Positions 24,555-37,297 of a stretch of 64,000 nt of DNA are shown here, one piece after another. The DNA is taken from assembly GCA_977017645.1 (NCBI GenBank), contig OZ360229.1:78182001-78246000 (forward strand), given 5' to 3'. The position numbers and the translations under genes are program-made. The stretch comes from Torpedo marmorata (Eukaryota). The notes under the pieces are model-generated. The model made no database searches and was not told the origin of the DNA. It saw only the letters and a program-made list of their open reading frames with translations. The stretch's first letter is position 1; each line of letters starts with the position of its first letter.

Positions 24555-27500
24555 AGAACCATAGAACACAACAGCACAGAAACAGGCCCCTTCGGCCCTT
24601 CTAGTCTGTGCCAAACCATTTTTTTTTCCTAGTCCCACTGACCTGCACCCAGTCCATATCCCTCCATACCTCTCCCATCCATGTACCTGTCCAAATTCTT
24701 CTTAAATGTTAAAATTGAGCCCGCATTCACCACCTCAGCTGACAGCTCTTTCCACACTCCCTCCACTCTCTGTGTGAAGAAGTTCCCTCTCATGTTCCCC
24801 CTAAACCTTTCCCCTTTCACTCTTAACCCATGTCCTCTGGTTTGTATCTCACCTACCCTCAGTGGAAAAAGCCTATCTACATTTACTCTGTCCGTCCCCC
24901 TCATAATTTTAAATACCTCTATCAAATCTCCCCTCATTCATCTAACTCCAGGGAATAAAGTCCTAACCTGTTTAACCTTTCCCTGTAACTCAGTTCCTGA
25001 AGTCCGAGCAACATCCTAGTAAATCTTCTCTGCACTCTTTCAATCTTATTGATATCTTTCCTATAGTTCGGTGACCAAAACTGCACACAATACTCCAAAT
25101 TTGGACTCACCAATGTCTTATACCATAACATCCCAACTCCTATACTCAATACTTTGATTTATGAAGGCCAATATGCCAAAAGCTCTCTTTACAACCCTAT
25201 CCACATGTGACGCCACTTTCTGGGAATTATGTACCTGTATTCCCAGATCCCTCTGTTCCACCGCACTCCTCAGTGCCCTACCATTTACTGTGTATGTCCT
25301 TTCTTGGTTTGTCCTTCCAAAATGCAACACTTCACACTTGTCTGCATTAAATTCCATCTGCCATTTTTCAGCCCATTTTTCCAGCTGGTCCAGATTCCTC
25401 TGCAAGCTTTGAAAACCTTCTTTGCTGTCCTCAATGCCTCCAATCTTAGTGTCATCTGCAAATTTTCTGATCCAATTTACCACATTATCATCCAGATCAT
25501 TGATATAGATGACAAACAACAATGGTCCCAGCACCGATCCCTGAGGCACACCACTAATCACAGGCCTCCAGTCTTAGAAGCAATCATCCACCACTACTCT
25601 CTGGCTTCTCCCGTTCAGCCATTGTCGAATCCAGTTCACTACTTCACCATGAATACCTAGTGTCCGAACCTTCCTGACTAACCTCCCAACCGGGATCTTG
25701 TCAAAGGCATTACTAAAGTCCATGTAGACAACATCCACTGCCTTTCCTTCGTCAACTTTCCTGGTAACCTCCTCGAAAAACTCCACAAGATTGGTTAAAC
25801 ACGACCTACCACGCACAAAGCCATGTTGACTATCCCTAATCAGTTTCTGGCTATCCAAATAATTGTATATCAGATCTCTTAGAACAGCTTCCAATAATTT
25901 AACTACCGTATATTTCGGCGTATAAGTCGACCGGCAGATAAGTCGACCCCCTTTTTAGCCTCATTTTAATGGTTTTATGGTATATCCGGCGTATAAGTCG
26001 ACCCCCAAAAATCGCAATGCCTGAGATGTTGCGCATTGACCGGCGTATAAGTCGACCCCCAATTTTCAGGCTGTCTGGGCCTCCCAGCAACAACCCAAAA
26101 TTTGTTACAACATCCCAATCGGCAAGTAACAAAGCTGTAAATTAAGCAGGTACCGGTAAGTAAAAAAAACAGCAAAAAAAACCTTTGCTTCTGGCCGGGA
26201 AGATGCAGGTGCGGCGACGTCTTTCTCCCGAGCAGGAGTGGGGAGCTCGTTCTCCCGAGCAGGAGCGGGGAGCTCGTTCTCCTGAGCAGGAGCGGTGAGC
26301 TCGTTCTCCCGGGTAGGAGCGGGGAGCTCGTTCTCCCGAGCAGGAGCGGGGACCTCGGGCTCCACAAATGTAGAATGCCTGGGTGGTTTATGGCGGCGCC
26401 CGGCGGTGGGGAGGTGTCGGGGAGCGGCAGCGCCGGCGGTGGGGAGGTGCTTCCAGGGTCGACCTATACGCCGAATCATGTTTTCAGGGGTCGACTTATA
26501 CGCCGAATCGTGTTTTCAGGGGTCGACTTATACACCGAATCGTGTTTTCAGGGGTCGACTTATACGCCAAATCGTGTTTTCAGGGGTCGACTTATACGCC
26601 GAATCGGCGTGAACTCGATTTTGAGCTGATTTTAAGGTCTCAAAAGTATATCCGGCGTATAAGTCGACCCCCGTTTTTTGAGACATTTTTGAGGGTTTCA
26701 AGGGTCGACTTATACGCCGAAATATACGGTACTACTGACGTCAGGCTCACCGGCCAATAATTTCTAGGGTTACTTTTGGAGTCTTTTTTAAACAACGGAA
26801 CAACGTGAGCTACCCTCCAATCCTCCGGCACCACACCCGTGGCTAAGGACATTTAAAATATTTCTGCCAGAGCCCCTGCAATTTCTACACTAGCCTCCCT
26901 CAAGGTCCGAGGGAATTTCTTGTCAAGCCCAGGAGATTTATCCACCCTTATTTGCTTTAAGACAGCAAGCACTTCCTCCTCTTTAATCTGTATAGGTTTC
27001 ATGACCTCATTACTTGTTTCCCTTACTTCCCACAACTCTGTGCCCGTTTTCTGAGTGAATACTGATGAAAAAAACAACCATTTAAGATCTCCCCCATCTC
27101 TTTTGGCTCCATACAAAGCCGACCACTCTGATTTTCAAGGGGACCAATTTTGTCCCTTACTATCCTTTTGCTTTTAATATACCTGTAGAAACCCTTAGGA
27201 TTTTCCTTCACATTGTCTGCCAAAGCAAACTCATGTCTTCTTTCAGCCTTCCTGATTTCTTTCTTGAGGTTTTTCTTGCATTTTTTATACTCCTCAAGTA
27301 CCTCATTTGCTCCATGTTGCCTATACCTGCTATACACCTCTCTCTTCTTCTGAACCAGATCCCCAATATTCATCAAAAACCAAGGTTCCCTCTGCCTGCT
27401 AACCTTGCCTTTAATCCTGACAGGAACATACAAACTCTGTACTCTCAAAATTTTTGAAGGTCCTCCACTTACCTCGCACATCCTTGCCGGAAAACAACAT

Positions 27501-28945
27501 CCCAATCCACGCATTCTGGATCCTTTCTCATTTCCTCAAAATTGGCCTTTCTCCAATTCAGAATCTCAACCCGAGGCCCAGACCTATCCTTCTCCATAAT
27601 TAACTTGAAACTAATGGCATTATGATCACTGGACCCAAAATGTTCCCCTACACATACTTCCATCACCTGTCCTGTCTCGTTCCCTAATAGGAGATCCAGT
27701 ATTGCATTCTCTCTAGTTGGTACCTCTGTATATTGATTTAGAAAACTTTCCTGAACACATTTGACAAACTCCAAGCCATCCAATCCTTTTACAGTATGGG
27801 AGTCTCAGTCAATATGTGGAAAATTAAAATCTCCTACTATCACAACCTTATGTTTCCTGCAGCTGTCTGCTATCTCTCTACAGATTTGCTCCTCCAATTC
27901 TTGTTGACTATTGGGTGGTCTATAATACAACCCCATAAGTGTGGTCATACCTTTCCCGTTCCTCAGCTCCACCCATATAGCCTCAGTAGACGAGCCCTTT
28001 GTTCTGTCCTGCCTGAGCACAGCTGTGATATTTTCCCTGACGAGCAATGCCACTCCTCCCCCTTTCATCCCCGCCCACCCCCTCTCCCGTTCTATCACGT
28101 CTAAAGCAACAGAACAACAGAAGCCCGGAACATTGAGCTGCCAGTCCTGCCCCTCCTGCAACCATGTTTCACTAATGGCCACAATGTCATAATTCCACGT
28201 GCCAATCCACGCTCTAAGCTCGTCTGCCTTTCCTACAATACTCCTTGCATTTAAATAATTGCACCTAAGAACATTTCCACCACGTACAACCCGTTGACTT
28301 CTAACGGTGTATGCAATTTTCACATCATCTTTTCCCTCCTCCACTCATCTATCTGCTCTGGCACTCTGGTTCCCATCCCCCTGCAAATCTAGTTTAAACC
28401 CACTGGAGCAGCACTAGCAAACCTTCACGCAAGGATATTAGTCCCCCTCCAGTTTAGATGCAAACCGTCCCGTCGGAACAGGTCCCACCTTCCCTGCAAG
28501 AGAGCCCAATGATCCAGGAACCTGAAACCCTCCCTCCTGCACCATGTCTTTAGCCTCATGTTAAGCTGCATTATCCTCCTATTTCTAACCTCACTAGCAC
28601 GTGGCATGGGTAGCAATCCTGAGATCACAACCCTGGAATCCTGTCCTTCAACCTACCGCCTAACTCCCTGAACTCTCCTTGCAGGACCTCCTCACCTTTC
28701 CTACCCACGTCATTGGTCCCAATATGGACCACAGCATCTGGCTGCTCACCCTCCCTTCTGAGAATGCCGTGAACTCGATCTGAGATATCCAGATCCTGGC
28801 ACCAGGGAGGCAACATACTATCCGGGATACTCGATCTCTTCCACAGAACCTCTTATCTGTCCCCCTAACTATAGAATCACATATCACTACAGCTCGCCTC
28901 CTCTCCTCCCTTCCCTTCTTAGCCTCAGAACCAGACTTTGTGCCA
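24555..28945 (-). mobile_element. Near-full-length degenerate CR1 LINE (ORF1 esterase, ORF2 APE and RT)
   Basis: ORF1 GDSL/SGNH-like (DSIVRGTD, VHIGTND, DGLHLN); APE (YLNARSI, SETW, GDFN, SSDH); RT (QHGF, GVPQGSVLGP, FADD). TSD gggttt at 24549-24554 and 28946-28951; it splits a V-SINE. Confidence 0.95.
25906..26729. mobile_element. Non-autonomous pogo/Tigger element nested in the CR1
   Basis: TA|CCGTATATTTCGGCGTATAAGTCGACC ... GGTCGACTTATACGCCGAAATATACGG|TA. Both arms match 32181-34226 in inverted orientation; it splits the RT motif SLTSVV/KLLE. Confidence 0.95.
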
Positions 28946-29164
28946 GGGTTTACCCCGGGTGCTCCAGTTTCCTCCCACAGCTGACTGATGGGTGGGTCAG
29001 CACATTAATTAACCACTGTAAAGTGCCCCCTTCGTGTAGATTAGATGGTAAAATCTGATGGGAGTTAATTAGATTGCAGGAAGAATAAATCATTTTTTTC
29101 TGACATAAATAAATTAATTTAAAAAAAAAACCTTATCAAAATAATTAAAAACATTACTTAACTA

Positions 29165-29399
29165 GGGGTGGCACGGTTAGCACAACGCTGTTACAGTGCC
29201 AGCGACCGGGACTGGGATTCGAATCCTGCGCTGTCTGTAAGGAGTTTGTACGTTCTCCCCCTGTCTGCATGGGTTTCCTCTGGGTGCTCTGGGTTCCTCC
29301 CACCCTTCAAAACGTAGCGGGAATTGTAGGTCAATTGGGTGTAATTGTGCGACACGGGCTCGAGGGCCGAAAGGATCTGTTACCGTGCTGCATGTCTAA
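29165..29399 (+). mobile_element. V-SINE (HE1-like)
   Basis: ggggtggcacggttagc head, B-box-like gggattcgaatcct, V-domain, gtctaaa tail. Confidence 0.9.
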
Positions 29400-30149
29400 A
29401 GCAAACAAATTGAACATTGTTTATTTCACTCCTATTTGCTTTCAAACTTGCAGGTTTTAGATTGTGTGCCTGGTTTAATGCTGCAGGATCAACAGGAGAT
29501 TCCAAATGTTGCAGGGAAGTTGAAAGTTTCGGCATTTGGAATCAGCTAGTGATTCCCACCTCACACTGTGTGTACACTGCTCCGGGACTTCCTTTGGTTT
29601 AAATGGTTGTGTGTTGGTGTTCCCAACAACAGTCAACACAACCTGGCCCCCCTGCCTTTCACCCATCCTAGGATAACATCTAAGTATGTCAGACATTTGT
29701 CGCCGTAACTTAATACTTCCCCAGACGGAAAGAAATATGCTCCGACAATCAACTAGTCTACACACATCGATTTATTTACATCAAATTGACGACAGAAACT
29801 CAACAAATAAGATGCTTTAATATGAAACACAGTGTATTGTATCCAAACAAAATGAAGGATTGCGGGGAAATTACTGAGTCACATTTGGAAAATCTAGACT
29901 AATACTTATCAATGTTTATAGTGTTGCCCTGAAGATCCTGAAAGAAAATTGATCTCATTAGCCAGTTGCAATGCTGTGCTAGTTATTTCTTATGAGATAA
30001 CCGGCAATTAACAGTTACTTGTAACAATACAATTCCCTCTAATTACTTTTAAAATGCATTAGTTATGCTTTTCATGTGTCTGTGAAGCCTGACACCTCCG
30101 CATGTTCAGGAAAAAATGGTACCTGCGATAAAGGATGGGCTTAAACACT

Positions 30150-30943
30150 AGCCCCTTTCACGCTGGCACCTTATCCTAGTAATTAATGGCCAATATACCA
30201 GTTAAAGGGCCAGTGTGAACGCTCGCGAATCGGCACGCAGGCGTCAAATCACCCCGGGGACGGACCGCCTAGGTAGGGTGTATCATCCCCGGTGTCATCT
30301 GATGCCTGCGTGCCGATTAGCCCAGTGTGAAAGGGACATGGACTTATCCAGGGACAAAGTAGTGACGCGTTGATGATGTTTTTGCGTGAGTGCAGGAACG
30401 TGAAGGAAACAAAAGATTAAAAAAAGGTATAAACTTTGTATTCAATTTAATAAATCCTGATCAATGTATTATGATCTTGTATTTAAACAAAATTAATCAT
30501 GCCTAATTATAACATAATTAAGCATTATGTACAGCACAGTATGAGCCCTTCAGCCCCTGTTGTTGTGCCGACCTATATAATCCTTTATAAATTTATAAAG
30601 GACCTTGGGAAAGTGGTAGCGGCAATAAAGAGAGAGAGAGAGTGATGGTGGACCTGCGCTCCCAGAATTCCGTGCGGCAGAGAAAGGGCTGTATGCACGG
30701 AGCACAAATGGAGGGGTTTCTCTGCCACACGGAATTCTGGGAGGGCAGGTCCGCCATCGCTCGATGCTTCACTCAGACGTCACCGGTGGAGGATAGGCGC
30801 CCCTCTCCCCGGGGATGCCTGGTGGTGAGTGTGAAAGGACGCAGAGAACCGGTTAACAGTGGTCCAGTGTAAATGGCAAAAACGGCTTCTTTAACCGGTT
30901 CATTGAACGGCCAGTTTACAGGTTAGCCAGTGTGAAAAGGGCT
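30150..30943. mobile_element. PIF/Harbinger-like non-autonomous element
   Basis: TIRs agcccctttcacgctgg ... ccagtgtgaaaagggct; ACT on both sides (3-bp TSD; a TA TSD is also readable); internal repeats of ccagtgtgaa and a long internal inverted repeat (30640-30760). Confidence 0.75.
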
Positions 30944-30973
30944 ACTAATTGCAGACAATCACTTTCTTGAAGC

Positions 30974-31915
30974 TGTGACACCAGCAAGGTCATGCTAATT
31001 TATTGAAAGGTTAAGTGTTATGGACCATGACTGACCATTTGGACTGCGGACGGTCAGCAGGAAGGATGAAGTCTTTTGGAGTATACACTGGGGCCAGGTA
31101 TTGAAAGAGTTAACTTCCCCAGCTACTTGGTGTACCCAGACAAGATACATTGTTGCACTCTTGGTGTACCCAGACAGAGAGAGACCAGAGAGAGAGAGAG
31201 ACAGACTGGACAAGATACATCTGTTTCACTTTTGCAAAAAGCAGGTGCAGATTTCTGCAGGAAAAGCAAACAGTTGTGAGTTGCAAAGGCTACAGAACAC
31301 AGCCAAATCCAGGTTTGTGCATAGTCAGAGAAAAGACTGACAGGATAGCACATGGCCTCCTGTCTCAGGGAAATTCTGAGAAAAAGCAACTTCTGTGGAG
31401 AACAGGCGTGAGATCAGCGAGACTAGCTGTGAGATTCAAGCATACGCCTAAATCAGTGGTATACTGATCTGGAACTTGCAATCCTTATGAACCTACAAGA
31501 AGGGGACGTCATCAGAGAAGAAAACAAGTATTTGTAAGCATAAACAGTCATTGTCTCTCTCCAACGTTCATTCAGAAGTACTTCTACCAGACAGAGCTGA
31601 AGTTGAAGCCTGAACTTAGAGAGTGGATTTTGTCGACTGTATTATCCTTTTTTTTGACTGACTTGTTTTTTATGACTGACCTGGGGTTTTTGGGGAAAGT
31701 TTTTCCATTTTTACATAAGGGTTGGGCACAGACTGTAATGGTCTGGGCTTTACACACACACACACACACCTTTTAGATAAGAATAGTGTTATAGACGTTT
31801 ATAGTGGGGTTAATTGTTGTGAAATTATATGTTTAATTGTGTTTAATAAATAGTAATTTCAATTTAACCCCTTTTGCATTGCGTCTTCTGTCGTTGCTGG
31901 TTTGAATTTGTAACA
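30974..31915 (+). mobile_element. Probable solo LTR
   Basis: tgtgaca ... tgtaaca termini, (AG)n and (AC)n tracts, AATAAA near the 3' end. TSD is degenerate (gaagc/taagt). Confidence 0.55.
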
Positions 31916-32180
31916 TAAGTGTCTACCTTCAGAGTCCCCTGGTACCTGTTATTATGCATGGTCTGCATGACAAACCTTCAGGTCACACGAAAGCTTGATG
32001 CAAATCACTCTCCCCTCACTGACGAACTAGAAACTTCAACTTCAGAAATACAAAGTAACTCCCACTGTTCACAGAACATTAAACAAATCAAAGGCGTTAA
32101 AAGCAGTGTGCATAAATACTAAGCCAAAACTCAATGGCCATTTGCAAACTACAAAGTTTGGTCACTTGGCAAAGAAAATA

Positions 32181-34226
32181 CCGTATATTTCGGCGTATAA
32201 GTCGACCCTTGAAACCCTCAAAAATGTCTCAAAAAACGGGGGTTGACTTATACGCCGGATATACTTTTGAGACCTTAAAATCAGCTCAAAATCGAGTTCA
32301 TGCCTATTCGGCGTATAAGTCGACCCCTGAAAACACGATTCGGCGTATAAGTCGACCGCTGAAAACACGATTCGGCGTATAAGTCGACCCCTGAAAACAC
32401 GATTCGGCGCATAAGTCGACCCCTGAAAACACGATTCGGCGCATAAGTCGACCCCTGAAAACACGATTCGGCGTATAAGTCGACCCCTGAAAACACGATT
32501 CGGCGTATAAGTCGACCCCTGAAAAACCACAAAAAAAACCCGACTGCAACAAATTTTCATTGACATTTTTATTGAAAACAACAAGACATTTAGAACCCTT
32601 CAAAATCACTTTCGCTATTATCGTCTGAGGCAAAGATCTCGGCAAGCACATTCGGGGTCTCACTGTTTAAACAGTCATCGTACGGGTCCCAGTCTGTATC
32701 TGATGAGGCGTCTTCAGCTTCGTCGTCAGTGTCCCACAATAAATCATCTTCCGTACCATCAATTGCACAAGAGATACCGCACTTTTTAAACGATTTTATT
32801 ATAGTCTCTACTTTCACTTTGTCCCATGCCTTGAGCACGAAGTCACACAGCACATCAAGCGATGTAGCACGCATTGCCCCGCCTTTTGTAAAGGATTTTT
32901 CTGCACTCGACATCCATGTATTCCACTCTTCACGCACATGGTCTTTGAATGGCTTGTTCAAGCAGACATCGAGAGGTTGCAATATAGACGTCAAACCACC
33001 CGGGATAACCGCCATGTAAGTATTATGTTGTGCTAATGTACTTTTAGTCTTCTCAGTTAAGTGGCTACGAAACATATCCCAGACCAGCAAACTCCGTTCT
33101 TTGCGTAAACCGCCTGGCCGCCTGTTCCACACATTGTCTATCCATAGTTTTACACCATTTTCATCCATCCATCCTTTTTCATGAAAACGTACAAAAATAC
33201 CTGCTGGGAAATTTATTTTAGGTTTAAGTTTGCGCTTGAAGATTACCATGGGTCGTAACTTTGTCCCGTCGGCCATGCACGATAACACCACAGTAAACCT
33301 TTCATGTCCTGTACTCCTCGCTTGCACAGTTTTCACACCTTTCCATTCCACTGTTCAATATCCATATCATGTCAAAATTCATGGGGGTTTCGTTCATGTT
33401 TCCAATATTTGCCAATGCAAACTTGTGTTTCTGCCGGTTACGTAAAATAAACTGGTGAAAACTTACAACTTTATGATCAAGATCTTTTGGTAGTTTCTGA
33501 GCAATTTTAGTTTTTTGTCGTAATACCAGATTTTTCCTGTTCATAAAACGGTTGCACCAGCCTACTGTAGCTTCAAAATCATCACTGAGTTCTGGGTGCG
33601 ACTTTGCCCAGTTCAGTGCAAATGTTCTTATTTTATTTCGGGTTACTATGTAGCAATCTTGCCTCTGTTAACGTACCCATGTTGCGACGTGATTTTCCAA
33701 CTCTGGCCAACGAGTGATTCCTCTTCTCATCGAACATTGCCTTTTTGGTATTTTTCTTAAAGTATCTTCTTTCTTCCTCCAATCTCTTACCAACTTCTCG
33801 TATATATCAAATTTTCTTGCAGCAGCACAGTTGTTGGTTTTCTTGGCCATTTCTATAACTTTCAATTTAAAACTCGCCTCATACTTTCGTCGTTTCAATT
33901 AACCCTCCATGATAACAATCACCGCCAGCAAACGCCCAGCAGCTCAATCAGCGCGATCGTTGTGGGTCGACCTATACGCCGGTCAATGCCCAGCAGCTCA
34001 ATCATCGCGATTTTTGGGGGTCGACCTATACGCCGGTCAACGCCCAGCAGCTCAATCATCGCGATTTTTGGGGATCGACTTATACGCCGGTCAATGCGCA
34101 ACATCTCAGGCATCGTGATTTTTGGGGATCGACTTATACGCCGGATATACCATAAAACCATTAAAATGAGGCTGAAAAAGGGGGGTCGACTTATCTGCCG
34201 GTCGACTTATACGCCGAAATATACGG
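32181..34226 (-). mobile_element. pogo-family (POGK/Passer-like) DNA transposon, full length, inactivated
   Basis: 27-bp perfect TIRs with TA TSD; subterminal arrays of the gtcgacttatacgccg motif (32-bp unit, about 7 copies at 32309-32522). Confidence 0.95.
32590..33910 (-). pseudogene. pogo transposase (Brinker-type DBD, CENP-B HTH, DDE_1), disrupted
   Basis: RRKYEASFKLKVIEMA; WPELENHVATWV; IGNMNETP; LLVWDMFRSH; LQPLDVCLNKPFK; acidic tail. In-frame stops at about 33899 and 33668, a frameshift near 33360, and the first catalytic D appears as N. Confidence 0.92.
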
Positions 34227-34371
34227 TATTCTTTGACTGCTGTGTGAATTTATTGCATTCAAATGGTCTACCTTTGTACAACTAAGTATTTCATTTATGC
34301 AAAACTGGCTTGTGGGTATCATTTTAATCTAACATCCTCAACTGCAAACCAATTACATTAGAGGTCAGTAC

Positions 34372-35823
34372 CAGGGGTGCAGTGCTAATTTTTTAGGTGC
34401 TGGAGCTCACCAAAAACGGCGACAAGGAGGTCTCGCGAGACCTGACCTTGGTGGCCGCCATGTTGTATTTGGCGTTCTATAATTGAGAGCGTTGTATAAT
34501 AGGACAAAGTATTGCACGGTTGCACTCACTAATTATCATAAAATATAATTATCAACAAGTAAAGATCACCTTCCTTATCAATTTCACATCTCAAATAAAC
34601 TATGATCAGGCTTGTTGATTCATCAACGAGAACAGAAGTTTTGCCATTTATATGCTTGATATGCTGGCAAATATTCTTTTTCATATTAATGGCTATGTGA
34701 TTAATTCTCTCTGTAGCACTAGTGCGGGAATGCAGTCCAATTCCAATGTCAATACCATTTTTGTTTTGATGTTCCAGTAAACCAAAGTGATCAGAGTATG
34801 GTCTGTCATTCTGAGCTAAATAATATGCAGAATGAAAAATTGAACTTCTCTCTCTCTCCCTCCAACCCCCTGTTCTCTCCTCACTCCCCTGAATATTTTC
34901 TACTTCACTCATTTAGCCACCTTCCTGTAGAATCTGCTTCATGCTACTTTTGGAGTGACCCAAATCTCAACCCACCAGATGATTTCTTTTTCTGAAGAAC
35001 CACTGCTCTCTCCTTTGACCGCCCTCACCATCTCCTGTTCCTCCCCTGGATCTTGCCGGTGCAGCCCTGGACCCGGCCAGTGTACCCCTCGCCCTCTGCA
35101 TGCCCCCCTAGTTTTGACCAAACTGGTGGTCCCTGCTGTTCGGACACCGCGCACTGATCCTCGGACACCGCACGTGTGCAGGATGGGGCAAGGGGCTCGG
35201 CGCATCCCGCCCACCTCCCTCCCGGGGCCGACGCTCGGCCCTCCCTCCCGGGGCTGACCTGCTGAGGACAGGAGGGCGCCATGGTTCATCATTGGAGGGC
35301 TGAGGGTCCCTCTCCGCACCCGCACACAGCGGCGAAGTTCAGCCCCGTGGCAACGCGCCGGCGGCGACAGAGCCGGCCCCGCCCTTCCCTTCCCATCGCT
35401 GCCCGTGTCCGCCTTCCCCACCCGGGCTGCTGCTCCTCCTCCTCCGCTCGGGGCTCTCCGAGGGTCGGGCTGCTCCCCGTTCTGACGGAGACCCCCTCGT
35501 CCTGCACCCTAATCCGCTGAGTGCTTACCCTAAAGCGGACAAAGGGGATTCCCCTTGAATAGGACATGGGGGGGGGTTGCGGCCATTCAACCCATCGCGT
35601 CCATGCTTGACAAGGAACTCCCTCGCCTTATTCCACATCCTCCCCCAGTTCTAGTGCCCTGCTGGTCACAATTCTTAGCAAACACATCCAAGTAAACATT
35701 TCTCCTCTAATCCATCGACTAAATGTTTTCAATGTCTCACTCTCTGCTGAAAGACAGAAATCCTAGTGATTACAGAGGTGCCGGAGCTGCACTCCGGTGA
35801 GCTCTGGCAGCGCTGCACTCCTG
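34372..35823. mobile_element. hAT transposon derivative with transposase fragment
   Basis: TIRs caggggtgcagtgc ... gcgctgcactcctg; 8-bp TSD gtcagtac/atcagtac (7/8 match). Minus ORF 34529..34912 (AYYLAQNDRPYSDH...LHSRTSAT..HIA..M...SVLVDEST) resembles KIAA1586/ZNF862-type hAT transposases. Confidence 0.85.
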
Positions 35824-35900
35824 ATCAGTACCTGATTTATGGAGCATTTACACTGGTTAAAAATACCCGTGTTTCCAGATCTTGTGTAGTCAACACTGCT

Positions 35901-36128
35901 GGTGGCACAGTTAGCGCAACACTGTTACAGCACCAGCGACCGGGGTACGAATCCGGCGCTGTCTGCAAGGAGTTTGTACGATCTCCCCGTGTCTGCATGG
36001 GTTTCCTCTGGGTTCTCCGGTTTCCTCCCACCTTCCAAAACATACGGGGGTTGTAGGTTAATTGGGGTATTTGGGCAGCACGGGCTCATGGGCCGGAAGG
36101 GCCTGTTACCGTGCTGCATATCTAAATT
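35901..36128 (+). mobile_element. V-SINE (HE1-like)
   Basis: Head, V-domain and tail as in the other copies. Confidence 0.9.
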
Positions 36129-37297
36129 AAAAAGGCCTGCCCTCCACTAGCTCCCATCTTGTAGATCCCGGGAGAGTAGCTTGAAACCAGTGGATCAAAG
36201 CTACAAGTAGGATGGGGCATGACATGGGGTGGCGGGGGGGTGGGACGAACAGGCAAGCTTGAGCAAGGCAAATGGATGAAGCCAAGGGTTTTGGGGCTAG
36301 CTGCGGGGCAGGGATCTACTTATAAGTGGCTCAGAGCAGGATTGTGGGTCCATGCATTCAATTAAGTTTACTATTATTGTTTTTTTTACACACACACAAG
36401 TACCTGTTCAGCAGCAGCAAGTGAGAATTTTGGTGAGAATGCACATTGCACACATTACATGATGTATATGACAATAAACTTGTTTTCTTCTTTGTTATCT
36501 CACGGGTCAGAAAGTCACCAGGATGTATGCACATACCAAGGGTGCAAGAGGTGACTCACATCATGAAAAGGTCAATTTCATGCTGGTTATTTTACAACTT
36601 TCCAGGCCCTTGTAAAAGTTTAAAAGAAATCAAATCAGGGCACCGACTTGCTGGCCCCAAGTTAGAACCACGGCCACAGGTACATAAATCACCTCGTCTC
36701 CACAAAGGCAGATGCTAGCAGCTGTAATCTCACCCATATACAAAGCTACCAAAAACACACTGACATGGTGTTGCTGTGGTAACTGATGACCAATACAATA
36801 TAGTTACTTTTGTGTTGGACATTCTACAAGTATGAGGGAAAAAGAACAAACAGCAACCAAGGCCACGTTAAATTAGAATGTTTTTGAGACAACAATGTAG
36901 TGACCAAACATCAAATGGTCGATGGCAGGAAATTATGAAATGTGTTTTTATAGTCTGGTCACATATTCATCGACTAAGCATCATCAGTCAGGGGCGTGAG
37001 GGGGCAGGGAGCTGGGGCCAGCCCTTGGATGATGCACTGATGCAGCCGGGAGGACGCAGAGTCCAATCCCAATTCCTTTCATTAGTGGACCTTGGCTCCC
37101 ACCTGATCATGACCCAAGTGTGGGGACCGGACCAAAGCAGGAGCCCCGCAATCTGAGAAATGGCAAATTGTGAGGCCATTTTGTGACTCTGCGTGCTCCC
37201 TGTGCTCAGACCATAACACACCGTGGGGCCTGTCTGCAAACATTGCAAAGCTAGGAGCAGATCAACGGACAGAGACAGGACGGTGGGATAAACTTAC

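Noticed and set aside
29165-29240. tRNA gene
   Set aside because: The A/B-box-like head continues into a V-domain and LINE-like tail, so it is a SINE.
32309-32522. Regular 32-bp repeats resembling a CRISPR array (also 26455-26610)
   Set aside because: Head-to-tail tandem units with no unique spacers; they are subterminal transposase-binding repeats of a pogo element in a vertebrate intron.
32590-33910. Domesticated POGK/TIGD-like host gene
   Set aside because: Intact TIRs and TSD plus stops and a frameshift indicate a dead transposon copy.
34939-35567. GC-rich ORFs of 79-160 aa as a host gene
   Set aside because: No recognisable protein; open frames are expected at this GC content; located inside hAT TIRs.
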